A stretch of DNA of 64,000 nt from NCBI GenBank assembly GCA_003173855.1, contig PPGI01000008.1, forward strand, positions 10,119 to 74,118, written 5' to 3'. Below are positions 62,938-64,000 of the stretch, one piece after another. The number at the start of each line of letters is the position of its first letter. The first letter of the stretch is position 1. The position numbers and the translations under genes are program-made. The stretch is from Candidatus Zambryskiibacteriota bacterium. Its GTDB lineage: Bacteria; Patescibacteriota; Minisyncoccia; Phycocordibacterales; DATDWN01. Below the pieces are notes generated by a model. It was given only the letters and a program-made list of their open reading frames with translations, did not search any database and was not told where the DNA came from.

Positions 62938-64000
62938 ATGATTTTCATTTATAAAGCAATCAATCCGAACGGTACGATAACTGAAGGTACAGTTGAGGCC
63001 ATTAATTCTGATGTTGCAATCAGCACACTTCAGAAAAAAGGTCTAACTATTTCACAAATCAAGGAAAAAGACGAAAAAAAATATCAGTTTAATTTTTCCT
63101 TTTTCAACAAAGTAACAAATAAAGATATTGTTTTAATTTCTCGCCAAATGTCTACTCTTTTCGAAGCGCAAGTTTCAGCACTTCGAGTCTTTAACTTAAT
63201 TGCAGCCCAAGTTGATAAGCCAATTCTAAAAAAGTACATAACGGAAGTATCAGACGATATTCAAGGCGGAAGTTCGATTTCAAACGCACTTGCCAAGCAT
63301 CCAGACGCTTTTTCGGATTTTTATGTGAGTATGGTCAAATCTGGGGAGGAATCCGGCAAACTTGATCAAACTTTTACATATTTGGCAGATTATCTTGATA
63401 GAACATACGAAGTTATTACAAAAGCCCGAAATGCCTTAATTTATCCATCATTTGTTATTGTCACTTTTTTGGGAGTGATGATTTTAATGTTTACAGTTAT
63501 TATTCCAAAAATTGCTGTAATGATTACTGATTCTGGTCAAGAAGTTCCTATTTATACAAAAATTGTTTTAGTTTTAAGCAGTTTTTTGGTTCATCAGGGT
63601 CTTTGGATTGCCGTGGGAGCAATATTTTTTGGATATAGTGTTCTGAAATACAGACATACTGAAGCTGGTGCAAAAAGAATTGATCAAATAATTTTAGATA
63701 TTCCTTACATCGGCGATTTGTATAAAAAATTATATTTGTCGCGTATTGCTGATAACCTAAACACGATGATTGTGAGTGGAATTCCCATTTTGCGAGCTCT
63801 TGAAATTACGTCGTCGGTTGTTGATAACTTAGTTTATAAAGAAGTAATCGAGAAAGCTCTAACAGATGTCAAAGGTGGTGCTCCGCTATCTTCTTCATTT
63901 GGACAATTTAAAGAAATTCCAAGCATTATGGTTCAAATGATAAAAGTGGGTGAGGAAACTGGACAATTGGGGAGTATTTTAAAAACTATGGCAAAATTTT
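62938..64000 (+). CDS. pilC: Second PilC/GspF-family platform protein (3'-partial, runs off the window)
   Basis: ATG at 62938. T2SS_F repeats and transmembrane segments read by hand; no stop before the window end. Confidence 0.75.
   Translation, partial: MIFIYKAINPNGTITEGTVEAINSDVAISTLQKKGLTISQIKEKDEKKYQFNFSFFNKVTNKDIVLISRQMSTLFEAQVSALRVFNLIAAQVDKPILKKYITEVSDDIQGGSSISNALAKHPDAFSDFYVSMVKSGEESGKLDQTFTYLADYLDRTYEVITKARNALIYPSFVIVTFLGVMILMFTVIIPKIAVMITDSGQEVPIYTKIVLVLSSFLVHQGLWIAVGAIFFGYSVLKYRHTEAGAKRIDQIILDIPYIGDLYKKLYLSRIADNLNTMIVSGIPILRALEITSSVVDNLVYKEVIEKALTDVKGGAPLSSSFGQFKEIPSIMVQMIKVGEETGQLGSILKTMAKF

Noticed and set aside
1-64000. Alternative genetic code (UGA = Gly, translation table 25) suggested by the rarity of TGA stops and the in-frame TGA in the GT2 gene
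   Set aside because: Long conserved genes (fusA, recG, ftsH, secY, the Ig-repeat gene) contain no in-frame TGA. ftsH and several small genes end sensibly at TGA followed by terminators. Only one in-frame TGA exists in ~25 kb of coding sequence. The standard table 11 fits.
1-64000. CRISPR arrays or rRNA genes
   Set aside because: No arrays of regularly spaced short direct repeats and no rRNA-like sequences were seen. The only periodic DNA is the collagen (GxY)n coding repeat and the protein-domain repeats.

Overview
This is an AT-rich (~35% GC) stretch of bacterial chromosome with the hallmarks of a Candidate Phyla Radiation (CPR)/Patescibacteria-like genome: small size, no ribosomal protein L30, a type-Z S14, many type IV pilus genes, and almost no Shine-Dalgarno (SD) sequences on native genes. 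The first ~22 kb is the str-S10-spc ribosomal super-operon (rpsL, rpsG, fusA, tuf, rpsJ, rplC ... rplO, secY, adk, map, then ndk). Small ORFan genes have been inserted into it at six points, each with its own promoter, terminator and, usually, a strong SD. After that come a beta-CASP ribonuclease, rplT/rpmI/infC, tmRNA plus smpB, ftsH and recG. Then a surface-protein locus: a GC-rich beta-helix protein, a frameshifted collagen-like gene with a phage tail-fibre-like motif, a 724-aa Ig-repeat protein, a GT2 glycosyltransferase split by an in-frame TGA, a subtilisin, and peptidoglycan-binding proteins. Two type IV pilus clusters follow, the second next to comFC. Non-coding signals that recur are: a hairpin + TTGACA-N17-TAGTAT terminator/promoter module; a ~125-nt structured element in 3' UTRs whose hairpin shows compensatory base changes; a GC-rich ~170-bp MITE-like palindromic repeat in two copies sitting on stop codons; and three GC-rich 'islets' of foreign-looking genes beside tmRNA, tRNA-Ile(UAU) and tRNA-Ser(GCU). 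All identifications are from reading the sequence and from recall of protein families. No database search was run.
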